A stretch of DNA of 64,000 nt. It comes from Nannocystales bacterium (lineage in GTDB: Bacteria; Myxococcota_A; Polyangia; Nannocystales; Nannocystaceae). How positions within the stretch are numbered: the stretch's first letter is position 1; every line of letters starts with the position of its first letter. The stretch covers positions 217,624 to 281,623 of the forward strand of contig JBOEGF010000002.1 of NCBI GenBank assembly GCA_050633305.1. Reading direction: 5' to 3'. Made by a program: the position numbers and the translations under genes. The notes under the pieces were generated by a model that saw only the letters and a program-made list of their open reading frames with translations, was not told where the DNA came from and made no database searches. Below are positions 50,884 through 60,830 of the stretch, piece by piece.

Positions 50884-50939
50884 CAGCGTGGGACTCAGCT
50901 GGAGCAGACGAAGGACGTGCGTGATGACGACCCGACCGC
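50884..50939 (+). pseudogene. Remnant copy of the PGA-hydrolase gene 3' region
   Basis: cagcgtgggactcagctggagcagacgaaggacgtgcgtgatgac matches about 48019 onward, cagcgtgggattcagctggagcagacgaaagacgtgcgcgatgac (QRGxQLEQTKDVRDD). Confidence 0.75.
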
Positions 50940-50970
50940 CGCATGTCGCGTCGGGACACTGCGCGTAGGC

Positions 50971-51960
50971 TCACCCGCCGACGACCTCGACGATCCGCTC
51001 CGCGGCCGCCTCGAAGTACGGGGCGTAGTCTTCGACGCAGATCGGGGCACGGACCGCGTGGTCGCCGAAGCCCGACGCGAACAGCCAGAAGCGTGCGCCG
51101 TCCTCGTTCGCCAGCGCGTTGCCGTCGCATTCCAGCCCAGGCGGATCCACGAGCGTCACGACGAACACGCGGTCTGCACTCCCGCGCGCGCTCTGGATTC
51201 GGTCGGACCACGACTGTGGACTCCCCGTCGCAGGGTCTTCGTCCCCGTCGGCGAGCAACACCAGCACCAGCACGGCGTCATCCCGAAGGAACCCTTCGTT
51301 GCATGCCCCCGCCTCGGACAACTCGCCCTCCACGACCTGTAGCGCCGTCTCCGCGACCCGGGGCACAGCATCCCCGAACACGCCTACCCGCCCCACACAC
51401 CCGAACACCGCTTCGAGGTCGTCCCCATCCGTCATGTAGTTGAATCCCGAATCGAACGGACCACAGTCCCCAAAGGCAGTGCTCCGGACCAGGCCGGGTA
51501 GCGTCTCGCACCCAGTTCCGGACGATTCGTTGAAGCCGTAGGCGTCCCCGGTGCTGACGCCGACGTGCAACGAAGCGCGCAGTGGCTCCGCGCGCAATGC
51601 CTCCAAGAACGGCGGTGCAGCATCGATGAGCCGCTGATGTGCATCGGAGAGCTGGAAGTCGCTGATGTCGTCCTCCACCGAGTTGTCGATGACGAACAGT
51701 ACATCCACCGTAGGCCCATCCTCGACAGGAGCACCGCTCGAGCTTCCGCTCCCCGTTTCGGAGCCCCGCGTCGTCTCCGAGGCCCCAGCGTGTCCATCCG
51801 CGGACGTCGAGGCGGACGTCGACGCGACAGGATCCACTCCCGAGGCGAAGGGGGTGTCGTCATCGTTCGACACCCCTTCGACGGTGCAGGCCTGCATCGC
51901 CGCCACAAATACAGAGAGAAGCGGGGTCCGTTTCGCATTTGATTTCATTGCGTCCCTCAT
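50971..51960 (-). CDS. VWA-like lipoprotein (paralog 3)
   Basis: Lipobox MQAC; VDVLFVIDNS, LHVGVST, CNEGFLRDDAVLVLVLLAD. Confidence 0.85.
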   Translation of the reverse strand: MRDAMKSNAKRTPLLSVFVAAMQACTVEGVSNDDDTPFASGVDPVASTSASTSADGHAGASETTRGSETGSGSSSGAPVEDGPTVDVLFVIDNSVEDDISDFQLSDAHQRLIDAAPPFLEALRAEPLRASLHVGVSTGDAYGFNESSGTGCETLPGLVRSTAFGDCGPFDSGFNYMTDGDDLEAVFGCVGRVGVFGDAVPRVAETALQVVEGELSEAGACNEGFLRDDAVLVLVLLADGDEDPATGSPQSWSDRIQSARGSADRVFVVTLVDPPGLECDGNALANEDGARFWLFASGFGDHAVRAPICVEDYAPYFEAAAERIVEVVGG

Positions 51961-52955
51961 GCGGGGGGTACGAAGGCATCACAGGCGAGAGAGATTCGCC
52001 CCACCGCCTCGGCAAACAACGGGCTGTAGTCGGGCTCGGCGACGTCCCCCACCAGGCCATTGTCTTGAAACATCTCTGTGAACTCGGCCAAGCGGCGGCC
52101 ATCGACCTCCTTGTTTTGAGCCGAGTCGGACTGCTCGATGACGGAGACCACCACGACGTTTTGCCAGTAGGTCTTGGCTCCGACGATCAGGTCGAACCAA
52201 TCTTGGGGAGACCCTCCGGGGGGCCCGAATGTACCGCAGTCGGTCAGGAGCACCACGACCAGCAGTGCATCCTCGCGTAGGAACCCCTCGTTGCACTCGC
52301 CCGCGCCATCGAGGTCGCCCGTGATGACGCGAGTCATGGCGAACACAGGAGCCTCATTCGGGTCTCCATCCGTCCCTACACTCGCCGCGCACGAGAAGGC
52401 CGTCGAGAGGTCATCCAACTCCGTCATGAAGTTGTGGCCCTCGGCATAGGGGCCGCACAGTGCATCGCTGGAGTTCGCACCACCGGTCCGAGTGACCAAC
52501 CCGCCGACTTCGCGGCAACGCTGCTCATCCAGGTTGAACTCGTATGCGTCCGTCGTCACCACCCCGAGGTGGTAGCTCGTGACCTCCTCGAGTGTGGACT
52601 CGACGGTTTCGATGAACCCGGGGAAGCTCGCCCGCAGGCTCTCCTGGTGCCCACGCATGCTGTCCGAGTTGTCCACCACGAACAGGAAGTCCACCTTCTC
52701 GCACCCCATGGGAACGTAGCCATCGGGGTCGATGTGCGGCAGGTCGAGCCGGGTGCCCTCGGGTCCGGATGTAGACCCGAACGCACCGCTGTCGTCTTCG
52801 TCCGGTGCACCACCGCTCGACTCCTGTGCTGCTGCAGCCGTCGTGGGCTGCATGGCAACGACATCTTGCCTGGGGGTTTCAGAACAACCGCTCCCCATAC
52901 TGAGCAAGACCAGCCCCGACAGCGGAGTGAACGCGCCTACCCACGGCCGCGTCAT
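51957..52955 (-). CDS. VWA-like lipoprotein (paralog 2)
   Basis: GCEKVDFLFVVDNSDSM, CNEGFLREDALLVVVLLTD; ATG at 52955 overlaps the upstream stop. Confidence 0.87.
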   Translation of the reverse strand: MTRPWVGAFTPLSGLVLLSMGSGCSETPRQDVVAMQPTTAAAAQESSGGAPDEDDSGAFGSTSGPEGTRLDLPHIDPDGYVPMGCEKVDFLFVVDNSDSMRGHQESLRASFPGFIETVESTLEEVTSYHLGVVTTDAYEFNLDEQRCREVGGLVTRTGGANSSDALCGPYAEGHNFMTELDDLSTAFSCAASVGTDGDPNEAPVFAMTRVITGDLDGAGECNEGFLREDALLVVVLLTDCGTFGPPGGSPQDWFDLIVGAKTYWQNVVVVSVIEQSDSAQNKEVDGRRLAEFTEMFQDNGLVGDVAEPDYSPLFAEAVGRISLACDAFVPPA

Positions 52956-53917
52956 GGCGTGCACTCCGTCGGCTGGAGATCGAGGTCGCGGGCAACGTCC
53001 GGGTCGATCCCCTCGGCGTACAGTACGATCCTGTCGATCGTGTGCCCTTGGAGACGGGGCGCCAACGTGAGCACGTAGTTCCCTGGCTCGGGAATGTCGA
53101 TCGCGAGTTCGTTGCTCAAGCTGAAGTTGGACAAGACACTCGCGGTCCAACTCCACGAGAGGTCGCCCGCATCGCGGTTGAAGGGATCGAGCCATCGCTG
53201 GTGGGACCAACCACCGACGCACTGCACCGAGTCGACGCCCGGCAGCCCCGCGACTTCGGCCAAGACGTCGAGGTCGTAGCAGGTCGGCCGTGCGTACAAG
53301 CGGACATTGTTGTCAAAGGCGGTATCCATCGCGTAGAGCCCCAAGCCCGCGTCGAACCGGACCCAGGTGCTGTTCCGCGTGAAGCTCTTGCCCTCGAAGG
53401 CCGACCTCCAGTCGAAATGGTACTGCCCCGCCTCGGCAAACCCGATCGAGACTTGAATAGGGGATCGCGTGGCGTCCTGCAGCAGGCTCTCGCCGGTCCA
53501 CACCAGAGCACCATCGCCCGTGGCTCCGGCGATGACCACGTCGGTCTCCCAGGGAGACTCGAAGTCCAAGGCCTCCGCTTCGATGACGACGATGCCGTCT
53601 CGGGTCTCGTAGTCGCACGTGCTCGGCATCTCGAACCCGCCGCCCGAGCTTCCTTCATCGCCGGAGGATTCCTCCGAAGCGCCGACGGTTCCCGACGAGG
53701 AGGTCCCTTCCTCCTCCGTGGCACCGCTGGTCGTCGACACTCCGGTGTCGGAGCTCGAGGCCCCGGACCCGGACCCGGACGTGGTCGTGCCAGCCTCCCC
53801 TCCGCTGGACTCGGCGGACCCGCTGGGGCCTTCGGCGACGTCGTGCGCCTCGGGGCTGCACGCAACAACGAGGGCGACCGCAGCCCCCGAGAAACAGATC
53901 GTTTTCAGAGTCTTCAT
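52952..53917 (-). CDS. Lipoprotein with putative carbohydrate-binding-like beta-sandwich
   Basis: Lipobox VVAC, S/T linker, GIVVIEAE...GQYHFDWRS...GNYVLTLAPR..GHTIDRIVL. Confidence 0.75.
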   Translation of the reverse strand: MKTLKTICFSGAAVALVVACSPEAHDVAEGPSGSAESSGGEAGTTTSGSGSGASSSDTGVSTTSGATEEEGTSSSGTVGASEESSGDEGSSGGGFEMPSTCDYETRDGIVVIEAEALDFESPWETDVVIAGATGDGALVWTGESLLQDATRSPIQVSIGFAEAGQYHFDWRSAFEGKSFTRNSTWVRFDAGLGLYAMDTAFDNNVRLYARPTCYDLDVLAEVAGLPGVDSVQCVGGWSHQRWLDPFNRDAGDLSWSWTASVLSNFSLSNELAIDIPEPGNYVLTLAPRLQGHTIDRIVLYAEGIDPDVARDLDLQPTECTP

Positions 53918-53935
53918 GGCTCTACTCACTCCTGT

Positions 53936-55024
53936 TCAGCCCTCGGGGACAAAGTCCATGCAGGCTGCCTCGATGCTGTCGATCGCGTCCCCCAACACTG
54001 CGGAAAAATCGGGTTCACAGATGTCGCCGACCACCCCATGGGTGAAGGCTCGGGTGAACGCGATGATCCGGTCCGCCGGCGAGAAGAACTCCGGGTCCTT
54101 GGGGTCGAGCAATCCATCGCAAGCGTTGGGCGGCACGGTTGGCACGACCGAGACCACGGCGACATGTTCTTCGCGTCCTTTGCGGTCGACGACATCCTGC
54201 ACCCACTCGACCGGCCCGCCCATCGAACCCGAGTTGGTCATCCCCTGGCTGATGTTGAAGTCGTCGATGTCGGTGATCAGCACGATCACCAACAACGCGT
54301 CGTCTCGGATGAAACCGTCGTTGCATGCACCTGCGGCGTTCAACGCGGGTGCAATGGCGTTGCGTGCGGAGTCGATTGGGCGCTGCCATGTGCTCCCGCT
54401 CGTGCCCAGAAGGAGCGCACAAGACAACGCTTCGGTGAGGTCGTCGTCCTCGGTCATGTAGCGGCCCCCGCTGACAAACGGTCCGCAGTCGGTGTTGGAT
54501 GAGTTGGCGCCGCCCGGCGCAGTCACCAGTGCGCCCAACGTGTCGCACTCTGGCGGGTCGGGGCTCTCGACATTGAACGCCCCGGTCGACACCACTCCGA
54601 CGTGCAGACTCGAGATCTCGTCGAGGTCGGTGCGCAGCGTGTCGACGAAGCCCGGAATGCTGCCGACGAGCGTGGATTGACTCGAAGCCATGCTGGGCGA
54701 GTCGTCGACCACGAACAAGATGTCGGCCTTGCTGCATCCGATTCCCGCGTCGGGGTCGGCGGTGTCCGGCGGCTGCCCGCCCCCCACGTCCAACAGCACG
54801 CGCCCCTCTCCCGTCTCCGACGTATCAACCTGAGCGGTCGAGGATGCCTCCCCCGACGACACCACCCCAGTCGTGACCTCGGACTCCTCTCCCTCCCCCT
54901 CGGTATCCGCAGCTCCGAACGAGCCAGAGCCCAGCGAGCCGGAACCCGTGCACCCCGCACACAGCCCCACGGCGGCCAGCGTGTACGACAACCGGAGACA
55001 GCGGCTCGAGCGTAGCGGGTCCAT
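53936..55024 (-). CDS. VWA-like lipoprotein (paralog 1)
   Basis: Lipobox CAGC; GCSKADILFVVDDSPSM, CNDGFIRDDALLVIVLITD. Confidence 0.87.
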   Translation of the reverse strand: MDPLRSSRCLRLSYTLAAVGLCAGCTGSGSLGSGSFGAADTEGEGEESEVTTGVVSSGEASSTAQVDTSETGEGRVLLDVGGGQPPDTADPDAGIGCSKADILFVVDDSPSMASSQSTLVGSIPGFVDTLRTDLDEISSLHVGVVSTGAFNVESPDPPECDTLGALVTAPGGANSSNTDCGPFVSGGRYMTEDDDLTEALSCALLLGTSGSTWQRPIDSARNAIAPALNAAGACNDGFIRDDALLVIVLITDIDDFNISQGMTNSGSMGGPVEWVQDVVDRKGREEHVAVVSVVPTVPPNACDGLLDPKDPEFFSPADRIIAFTRAFTHGVVGDICEPDFSAVLGDAIDSIEAACMDFVPEG

Positions 55025-55095
55025 CTGCCCGAGCCATGTCCACGTCGAACAGAACTCAGTAAGAAAAGTGGAGCTCGGGCGACAGACCACTGCCC

Positions 55096-56070
55096 ATGCT
55101 CCGCGCACTCCCGCTGGTCGTCGCTCTGCTCGCACCCAGCGAAGACAGTGACTCGATGATCATCCGCTGGACCGCGCCTGCGCACTGTCCGACCGAAGCC
55201 GACGTGCGCCAAGCGCTCACTGCCGAGGGGCACCACCGCGGCGACTCGAAGATTCGAATCACGGCCGAGATCGAGAATCTGGCCCCCGGTGCGCCAGCAC
55301 GACTCTCCATCGAGGTGGTCGCGGGCGACACTCGGATTCAACGGACGGTGAGGGGTGAGGGGTGTGCGCAGCTGGGTGCCACCGCCGCACTCATCATCGG
55401 GATCGCATTGGACCTGCTCCCTGCAGCGCCGCGCATAGTCGAACCGCCACCGGCACCCGGCCCGGCCGACCCCCCGCCCCGTCGACCGCAGACGCCCGCT
55501 CAGCAGACGCCCGCTGCGCAACCGCCCGCAACCCCGTGGGTGCTGGACATGCGAGTCGGGGCAGGGCTGCAGTCGGGCCCGCTACCGACCGGCCCCGTCG
55601 TCACGGTCGCCCTCGGAGTACAACGCAGACGACTCCGCGCCAGCGTGGCGGGGCACTACGCACCACCCCGTCCCGTCGTCGCCTTCCCCGAAGAAGACGC
55701 GGGTGCCCTCGTGCAGGGCGGCGGCGTACAAGCGCGAGGCTGCGCCGTGCTGGCGGTCGGAGCTTGGGCATTTCCATCCTGTGTGGGCGCCGAAGTCGGG
55801 ATCGCCCGGGCAGCCGGAGTGAACTTCGTCCGTACCCAAGCCGCGCATCGGGCATGGGCAGCCGTGGTGTTCGGGCCGGAGGTCGTCTGGGCCCTCCACC
55901 CCGTTGTCGGGGCGTTCGCCGGACTGGACGGGGTGGTGAGCATGTTACGGCCCTCCTTCTCCGCCGACGGCTTGGGCGTCGTTCATCGAGGACAGACGTT
56001 GGGCCTTCGTGTGCAGCTGGGGCTCGTGCTGCGCCCAGGAGCTGTGAAAAGGGAGAAGAAAAATTACTGA
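55096..56070 (+). CDS. Secreted or outer-membrane hypothetical protein associated with an ECF locus
   Basis: Signal peptide, WTAPAHCPT...CAQLGATAALII, Pro-rich linker, amphipathic beta-strand C-terminus. Confidence 0.75.
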   Translation: MLRALPLVVALLAPSEDSDSMIIRWTAPAHCPTEADVRQALTAEGHHRGDSKIRITAEIENLAPGAPARLSIEVVAGDTRIQRTVRGEGCAQLGATAALIIGIALDLLPAAPRIVEPPPAPGPADPPPRRPQTPAQQTPAAQPPATPWVLDMRVGAGLQSGPLPTGPVVTVALGVQRRRLRASVAGHYAPPRPVVAFPEEDAGALVQGGGVQARGCAVLAVGAWAFPSCVGAEVGIARAAGVNFVRTQAAHRAWAAVVFGPEVVWALHPVVGAFAGLDGVVSMLRPSFSADGLGVVHRGQTLGLRVQLGLVLRPGAVKREKKNY

Positions 56071-56104
56071 GTCCGCCGCCGCTTGGACACCGCCCGTTCG
56101 AGAG

Positions 56105-56665
56105 GTGAACGCAGAGGCGATTCAAGAGCCGGCGCCACGCCGGGACGAACAGGCGTTCGAAGCCTTGTTCCAGCAATACTATCGCTGGGCCGTCCGAAAC
56201 GTGTGCGCTCTGGGCATTGCCAGAGGTGACGCCGAGGACGTGGCTCAAGAAGTCTTCGTCGTCGCGTACCGCCGCTGGGCGGAGCTTCCACTGGACGCCC
56301 ATGAGCCCGGGTGGCTGTTCGGCGTCGTGCGCCGCGTGTGCGCAAACCACCGACGCGCCCGGCAGCGAGCCGGAGAACGCCTCAAGTATGCCGATGGACC
56401 CGCCGAAGCCATGGACCCCGATGCAGCCTTGGACCAACGCGCCGCAGCGATGTTGCTGCAGACCTTTCTCGAGCAGCTTCCCGAGCCCCAACGACTCGCG
56501 TTCGTCCTCTACGACATCAATGGGATGAAAGCGCCACAGGCCGGCACAGTTCTGGGCATATCCGCCAACACCGTGCACTCCCGCGTTCGGCAAGCGAGGG
56601 ACAAACTCGACCGGCTCATCGCCAACCACAAGGCGCGCCAGAAACGAGGACTGCGCAATGGATGA
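56105..56665 (+). CDS. ECF RNA polymerase sigma factor
   Basis: DAEDVAQEVFVV...WLFGVVRRV; LPEPQRLAFVL...LGISANTVHSRVRQAR. Confidence 0.92.
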   Translation: MNAEAIQEPAPRRDEQAFEALFQQYYRWAVRNVCALGIARGDAEDVAQEVFVVAYRRWAELPLDAHEPGWLFGVVRRVCANHRRARQRAGERLKYADGPAEAMDPDAALDQRAAAMLLQTFLEQLPEPQRLAFVLYDINGMKAPQAGTVLGISANTVHSRVRQARDKLDRLIANHKARQKRGLRNG

Positions 56666-57458
56666 CCCCAAGTCGGCTCTGCAGTTGTACGTCGACGCGT
56701 TCAACGACGATTGCGAGATCACCGATGCCGCCGTCGAATCCGCATGGCAACAGGTCCGTGCGGACACGATCGCCTCGGCAACGGTCGGCACCACGGCACC
56801 CGCAGCCGCCCGCACATCGGCCCGAGTGCTGGCGGTGCTCACCGGAGGGGCGGTCCTCGCAGCGCTTGCGCTGCCCTTCCTCCTCTCGCGTGAGCGGCCA
56901 CCGGCTCAGGCGGTCGCCTCGGTCCAGCATCGACTGCCCCGAACCGTGGCGAGCGAGCCGCCCGTGCCCCCTGAGGCACCGATGCTCCCGGCGACGATTC
57001 AGCCTCAGGCTCCGAAGGCTCAGGCTCCGAAGAACACCACCGATTCGGTCCCTCGGGCAGACGAAGCGCCGGGCAGCCCCCCGCCCCGACGGCCGCGCCG
57101 AAAGACGAAGACTCGCCCGACCCCAACACCTCCGGACCCGCTCGACCACGCGAGCGCGGACCCACGCGACGACCTGATCGAGGAGCTGAGGATCATCCGT
57201 CGGGCCCGTGCAGAACTCCGGTCGAATCGAGGCGAAGCAACCCTGCGTGCGCTCGCCGAGCATGCCCAGCGATTTCCGCACGGGGCGCTCACGCAGGAGC
57301 GCTGGGCGACCGAGATACAGGCGCTATGCAAGCTCGACAGGGACCGGCAAGCGAGCCGCGCAGCGCAACGGTACTCCGCGACATACACCCGGGACCAAAA
57401 TGCGAGGCGCCTCCTGTCCGAATGCAGCGACCCTCCGCGGACACGACACGAGCCGTAG
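56658..57458 (+). CDS. Putative anti-sigma factor (TM, Pro-rich linker, TPR-like C-terminus)
   Basis: Overlaps the sigma stop; ELRIIRRARAEL...HAQRFPHGALTQER...ALC. Confidence 0.8.
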   Translation: MDDPKSALQLYVDAFNDDCEITDAAVESAWQQVRADTIASATVGTTAPAAARTSARVLAVLTGGAVLAALALPFLLSRERPPAQAVASVQHRLPRTVASEPPVPPEAPMLPATIQPQAPKAQAPKNTTDSVPRADEAPGSPPPRRPRRKTKTRPTPTPPDPLDHASADPRDDLIEELRIIRRARAELRSNRGEATLRALAEHAQRFPHGALTQERWATEIQALCKLDRDRQASRAAQRYSATYTRDQNARRLLSECSDPPRTRHEP

Positions 57459-57550
57459 CGCGGCGCATAACACAGCGCGGACTTTGCCCGGGAGCGCCCA
57501 CTGGTCTGGCCCGGCCCTGTCGGTCGAGCCTCGCCCCCTCCCCCACCGCT

Positions 57551-60160
57551 CTATTCGATATCGTCGAGGTTCTCCCACGACTCGCGGTCGAGGTCCTCCC
57601 AGTAGTCCGCCCGGTAGACCAATCGACGCGGCTGGCCATCGGCGCCGTTGGGTACCGAGAGCCCCTGGAAGCGCATCCACGCGCACCTGCCATGCAGCTG
57701 CGAGATTTCGCCAGGGCGAATGTGGATACGTTTTTGCGGGTCATAGCTCGTATCGCTTCTCACCGTCGTGGCGGACCCGCCGCCAGGGTTGATGCACTGG
57801 CCACCGACAGGGTTGGTGGTGACGACACGAAAGATGATGTCGGCGGCGAAGTTCGACCCATTGTTGGCGTTGAGGAAGGGCTCGTCCCAGGCGATGGCCC
57901 CGGTCCACGCATCCACATCGCTGCTGATCGGGGCGCCTCCGATCGGGATGTCGGTCACGTCGCCATGGTGGACGTACAGCGCCCCTGTCCCCCACGCCCC
58001 GGGGCCGTCCAGCCCTGCGTTGTTGAACAAGCGCATCTTGAGCCGACCCGCGCCCCACAAACGATTCATTCCGCTGAGCGATAGGCCGGTGGGTGCGCCC
58101 GGGTTCTGGTTGAGCCCAAAACCAGCGCCGCTCCCGTCGCCCATCAACAGCATGTTGACGTGCATGAACCCCGGGTCGGAGAACACCCCGAAGCTGTTGG
58201 TGTTCGCCCAATCCTTGAGCGACACGGCTGCCGAGGCGGCATGTGGAGCGGCCTGAGACGTACCGCAGCACTGCGTAGTGTAGGTCTGCGTCAGTGCGTT
58301 CAACGGCCCGTTCATCTGGGCACCAAGTGCCCGACCCGAGGGCGTCACCACGTCGACCACGCCTCGGCCGGGGTTGACCTGGACGGACGAGAATCGGAGG
58401 TTCGCCCCTCCGATTGACGAGTTCCAGCAGGTGGCTCCGTTCCCGCCGCAGTTGGGGTTGGCCGCCAGGTTGGTGAACTGCTGCCCCATGATCGCCTCGG
58501 TGTCATAGTTCCAGCCCGCGATGGGGGTCGCGGCTGTGTTGTCGCCCATGCCCCCAACAACCAAGAGATCAACACGGGTCGCCCATCCATTGGCGCTGCA
58601 GTTGTCGTTGGTGCGGTTGACGGCGTTGCCCGCTGAAATCACACCAAACGTGCCGTGCGAGTAGGCGAAGTCCCATGCGTCCCGCCACGCTGCCGCACCG
58701 TCGACGTTGGCGCAGCTCCCACCCGACCAGCTGATCTCCGCAATGTCCACGCCATTGTCGACGTTGGGGTCCGTCGCTTCGATGAGCCCAGGTTCTCCTC
58801 CACCCGCAAACCACCGATAGAGCTCGAGCTCGGCTTCGTAGGCGCCATGACTTCGCTCCTCGCGAGCCTGCGCGGAGACGACGGTTGGGTCCTGGCCCTG
58901 CTTGAGATGCGAGAAGGCCCCCACCATGGAGATCGCGCCGTGTTTGTTGCCATCCGTCCCGCTCACGGTGTCGTTGACGCATACACCTGACCCGAAACAC
59001 GCTCTGACCCGGTCGATGCGGGTTGGCCCATTTGCCCAGTCGTCGAAGGCGGGATGGTTCCACGCGCGGTAGAAGCCCTCGCCGTCGAGCAAGGCCACCT
59101 CGACCACGGACCGACCGCTGCCAGGTGTTGCCGTGTCCCCCTGAAACGCCGCGTCGTCGGTAAAGCGGGCCAACTGGGCGCCCGTGTCGGCGCGGAGATC
59201 GTCGCCGCGCATATCCGTAGGTTGGCCGACCTCGATGATGTCGATGTCTTCCACAAAGTCGGCATCGCGAGCCAACAGACGAAGACCCTCAGGTGAGCAC
59301 GCAAGGTACCCCGCGTGGTTGGCCTTGGTCCCGTAGAGAAACTCGCAGTGTCCCAGCGCCTCTAGGCGGGGTCGCGTTCGTGCGAGCCGCTCTCGGATCT
59401 CGACCTGCCGTTCGCGCTCAGCCGCCTTCATCGCGGAGCCGCGGTCCTCCTGCTCGGCCAACCAGGCGACGCGCATCGGCGCATCGGCTCGGACCTGAGG
59501 GGTGAAGGTTGCGTAGACCAACAATCGATCATCATCCACCCGGACCGGGGCATGCGTTTGCTCGAGCTCCGTCTTCGCGGCCAGGACCCGTTCTTGACCG
59601 GAGGGTCGGCGAGGCTCCTTGGGGGAGTCGACCACCGGGCTGCGACCCCGATACATCAGACTCTCCCGCACTGTGATGTCGCCAGCCTCCGAGGTTTTCG
59701 ACACGCGCAAGTCAAATGCGAGGTCGAGCCCTGTCTGCTCGACAAGCGCGGCCAAGGGCATCCGCATGGGATCGATCGTCGCATCGGCCAACAAGGGGCT
59801 CTCGGCCTGGCTGTCGACGCGCTCGTGTTCGGCGTCCTTGGCACGCGCACGTACAAACAACGGGGTATGCCCAGCCCAGGTTGTCTCGAGTCGCTCGCGT
59901 GTGGCCTGATCGATGTCCTCGCGTGGTGCCGCGAGTTCCGGCTCCGGCGCTCGGTACGGGGGGGACCACGCTTCGGGGTCAAGACCATGTTCCTCCAGTC
60001 GTTCCGCGAGCTCGGGGCCAAGCTCGGCTTGGGCGCGTTCGGAATACTCCTCGCTCGATGCGACAGCGGAGTCGTCTTCCGGCTCGAGAGCACAAGCGCT
60101 CATCGCTGCGAGGATGCCCAGGGGCCACAGTGGGGGTGCGTAGGGTCTTGGAGTTCTCAT
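57551..60160 (-). CDS. S8 (subtilisin-like) serine peptidase lipoprotein
   Basis: Lipobox MSAC; candidate triad VALLDG, NKHG, GTSQAAPHAA; oxyanion ISAGN. Confidence 0.8.
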   Translation of the reverse strand: MRTPRPYAPPLWPLGILAAMSACALEPEDDSAVASSEEYSERAQAELGPELAERLEEHGLDPEAWSPPYRAPEPELAAPREDIDQATRERLETTWAGHTPLFVRARAKDAEHERVDSQAESPLLADATIDPMRMPLAALVEQTGLDLAFDLRVSKTSEAGDITVRESLMYRGRSPVVDSPKEPRRPSGQERVLAAKTELEQTHAPVRVDDDRLLVYATFTPQVRADAPMRVAWLAEQEDRGSAMKAAERERQVEIRERLARTRPRLEALGHCEFLYGTKANHAGYLACSPEGLRLLARDADFVEDIDIIEVGQPTDMRGDDLRADTGAQLARFTDDAAFQGDTATPGSGRSVVEVALLDGEGFYRAWNHPAFDDWANGPTRIDRVRACFGSGVCVNDTVSGTDGNKHGAISMVGAFSHLKQGQDPTVVSAQAREERSHGAYEAELELYRWFAGGGEPGLIEATDPNVDNGVDIAEISWSGGSCANVDGAAAWRDAWDFAYSHGTFGVISAGNAVNRTNDNCSANGWATRVDLLVVGGMGDNTAATPIAGWNYDTEAIMGQQFTNLAANPNCGGNGATCWNSSIGGANLRFSSVQVNPGRGVVDVVTPSGRALGAQMNGPLNALTQTYTTQCCGTSQAAPHAASAAVSLKDWANTNSFGVFSDPGFMHVNMLLMGDGSGAGFGLNQNPGAPTGLSLSGMNRLWGAGRLKMRLFNNAGLDGPGAWGTGALYVHHGDVTDIPIGGAPISSDVDAWTGAIAWDEPFLNANNGSNFAADIIFRVVTTNPVGGQCINPGGGSATTVRSDTSYDPQKRIHIRPGEISQLHGRCAWMRFQGLSVPNGADGQPRRLVYRADYWEDLDRESWENLDDIE

Positions 60161-60466
60161 GGCTTTGCTCTGTCGCCGACCACGACGACGTCGTCGTGTT
60201 CACCAACGGAACCCAAGCCCCAAACACCTCACCTTGCTCGGGCGAATCTTCGCAGCCGCCCATCCTCCGCGACTTCCCCACGATCATCAGGACACGCCGG
60301 CCGCCTGGTCGGGATGGCCGGGACCTTTTCCTGAGACCCGTCCTTGGGCCACCTTCTAGGCCAACGGGGCGTGCTCCCGGCGGCACTGAGCTGCGTACGA
60401 CTCGGGCCGTAAACTCGGCCCGGCCCACAAGCTCGGTCCTCCGGGTCGTCCCAACAATGCGAATCC

Positions 60467-60634
60467 CTACGGCGAATCGTAGATGGAGCCTATCCGTTCG
60501 ATTCGCGAGATTCCTGAGCCCCCGACCACGGCCTCGAGCGCGGCTTCGTCGAGCTGCTGGAGCTCCGACTCGGAGCGTTCTCGCTTTTCCGAAGGAGGCT
60601 GCGGTGCGTGCGAGCGAGTCTGATCGCGAGTCAT
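60467..60634 (-). CDS. Second putative double-glycine-leader precursor peptide
   Basis: Internal ATG at 60634 of ORF 60467-60847 gives MTRDQTRSHAPQPPSEKRERSESELQQLDEAALEAVVGG-SGISRIERIGSIYDSP. Confidence 0.55.
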   Translation of the reverse strand: MTRDQTRSHAPQPPSEKRERSESELQQLDEAALEAVVGGSGISRIERIGSIYDSP

Positions 60635-60830
60635 CGTACGATGATCGACGCACCCAGTGCCAGTGTCAATTACCCTGGACGGAGGGAGTCTTCTGGTGAC
60701 AAACCCCCTCGCGGGAAGACGTGCAGCTGCTGTCATGCCCCCTGCGGTCATACATGCGAGGCTTCTCAATTCGCGGGGGCGACGGCGCCCAGTCCCGTCG
60801 GCAACCACTTCCTCGCAACCGGAGCGCCGG

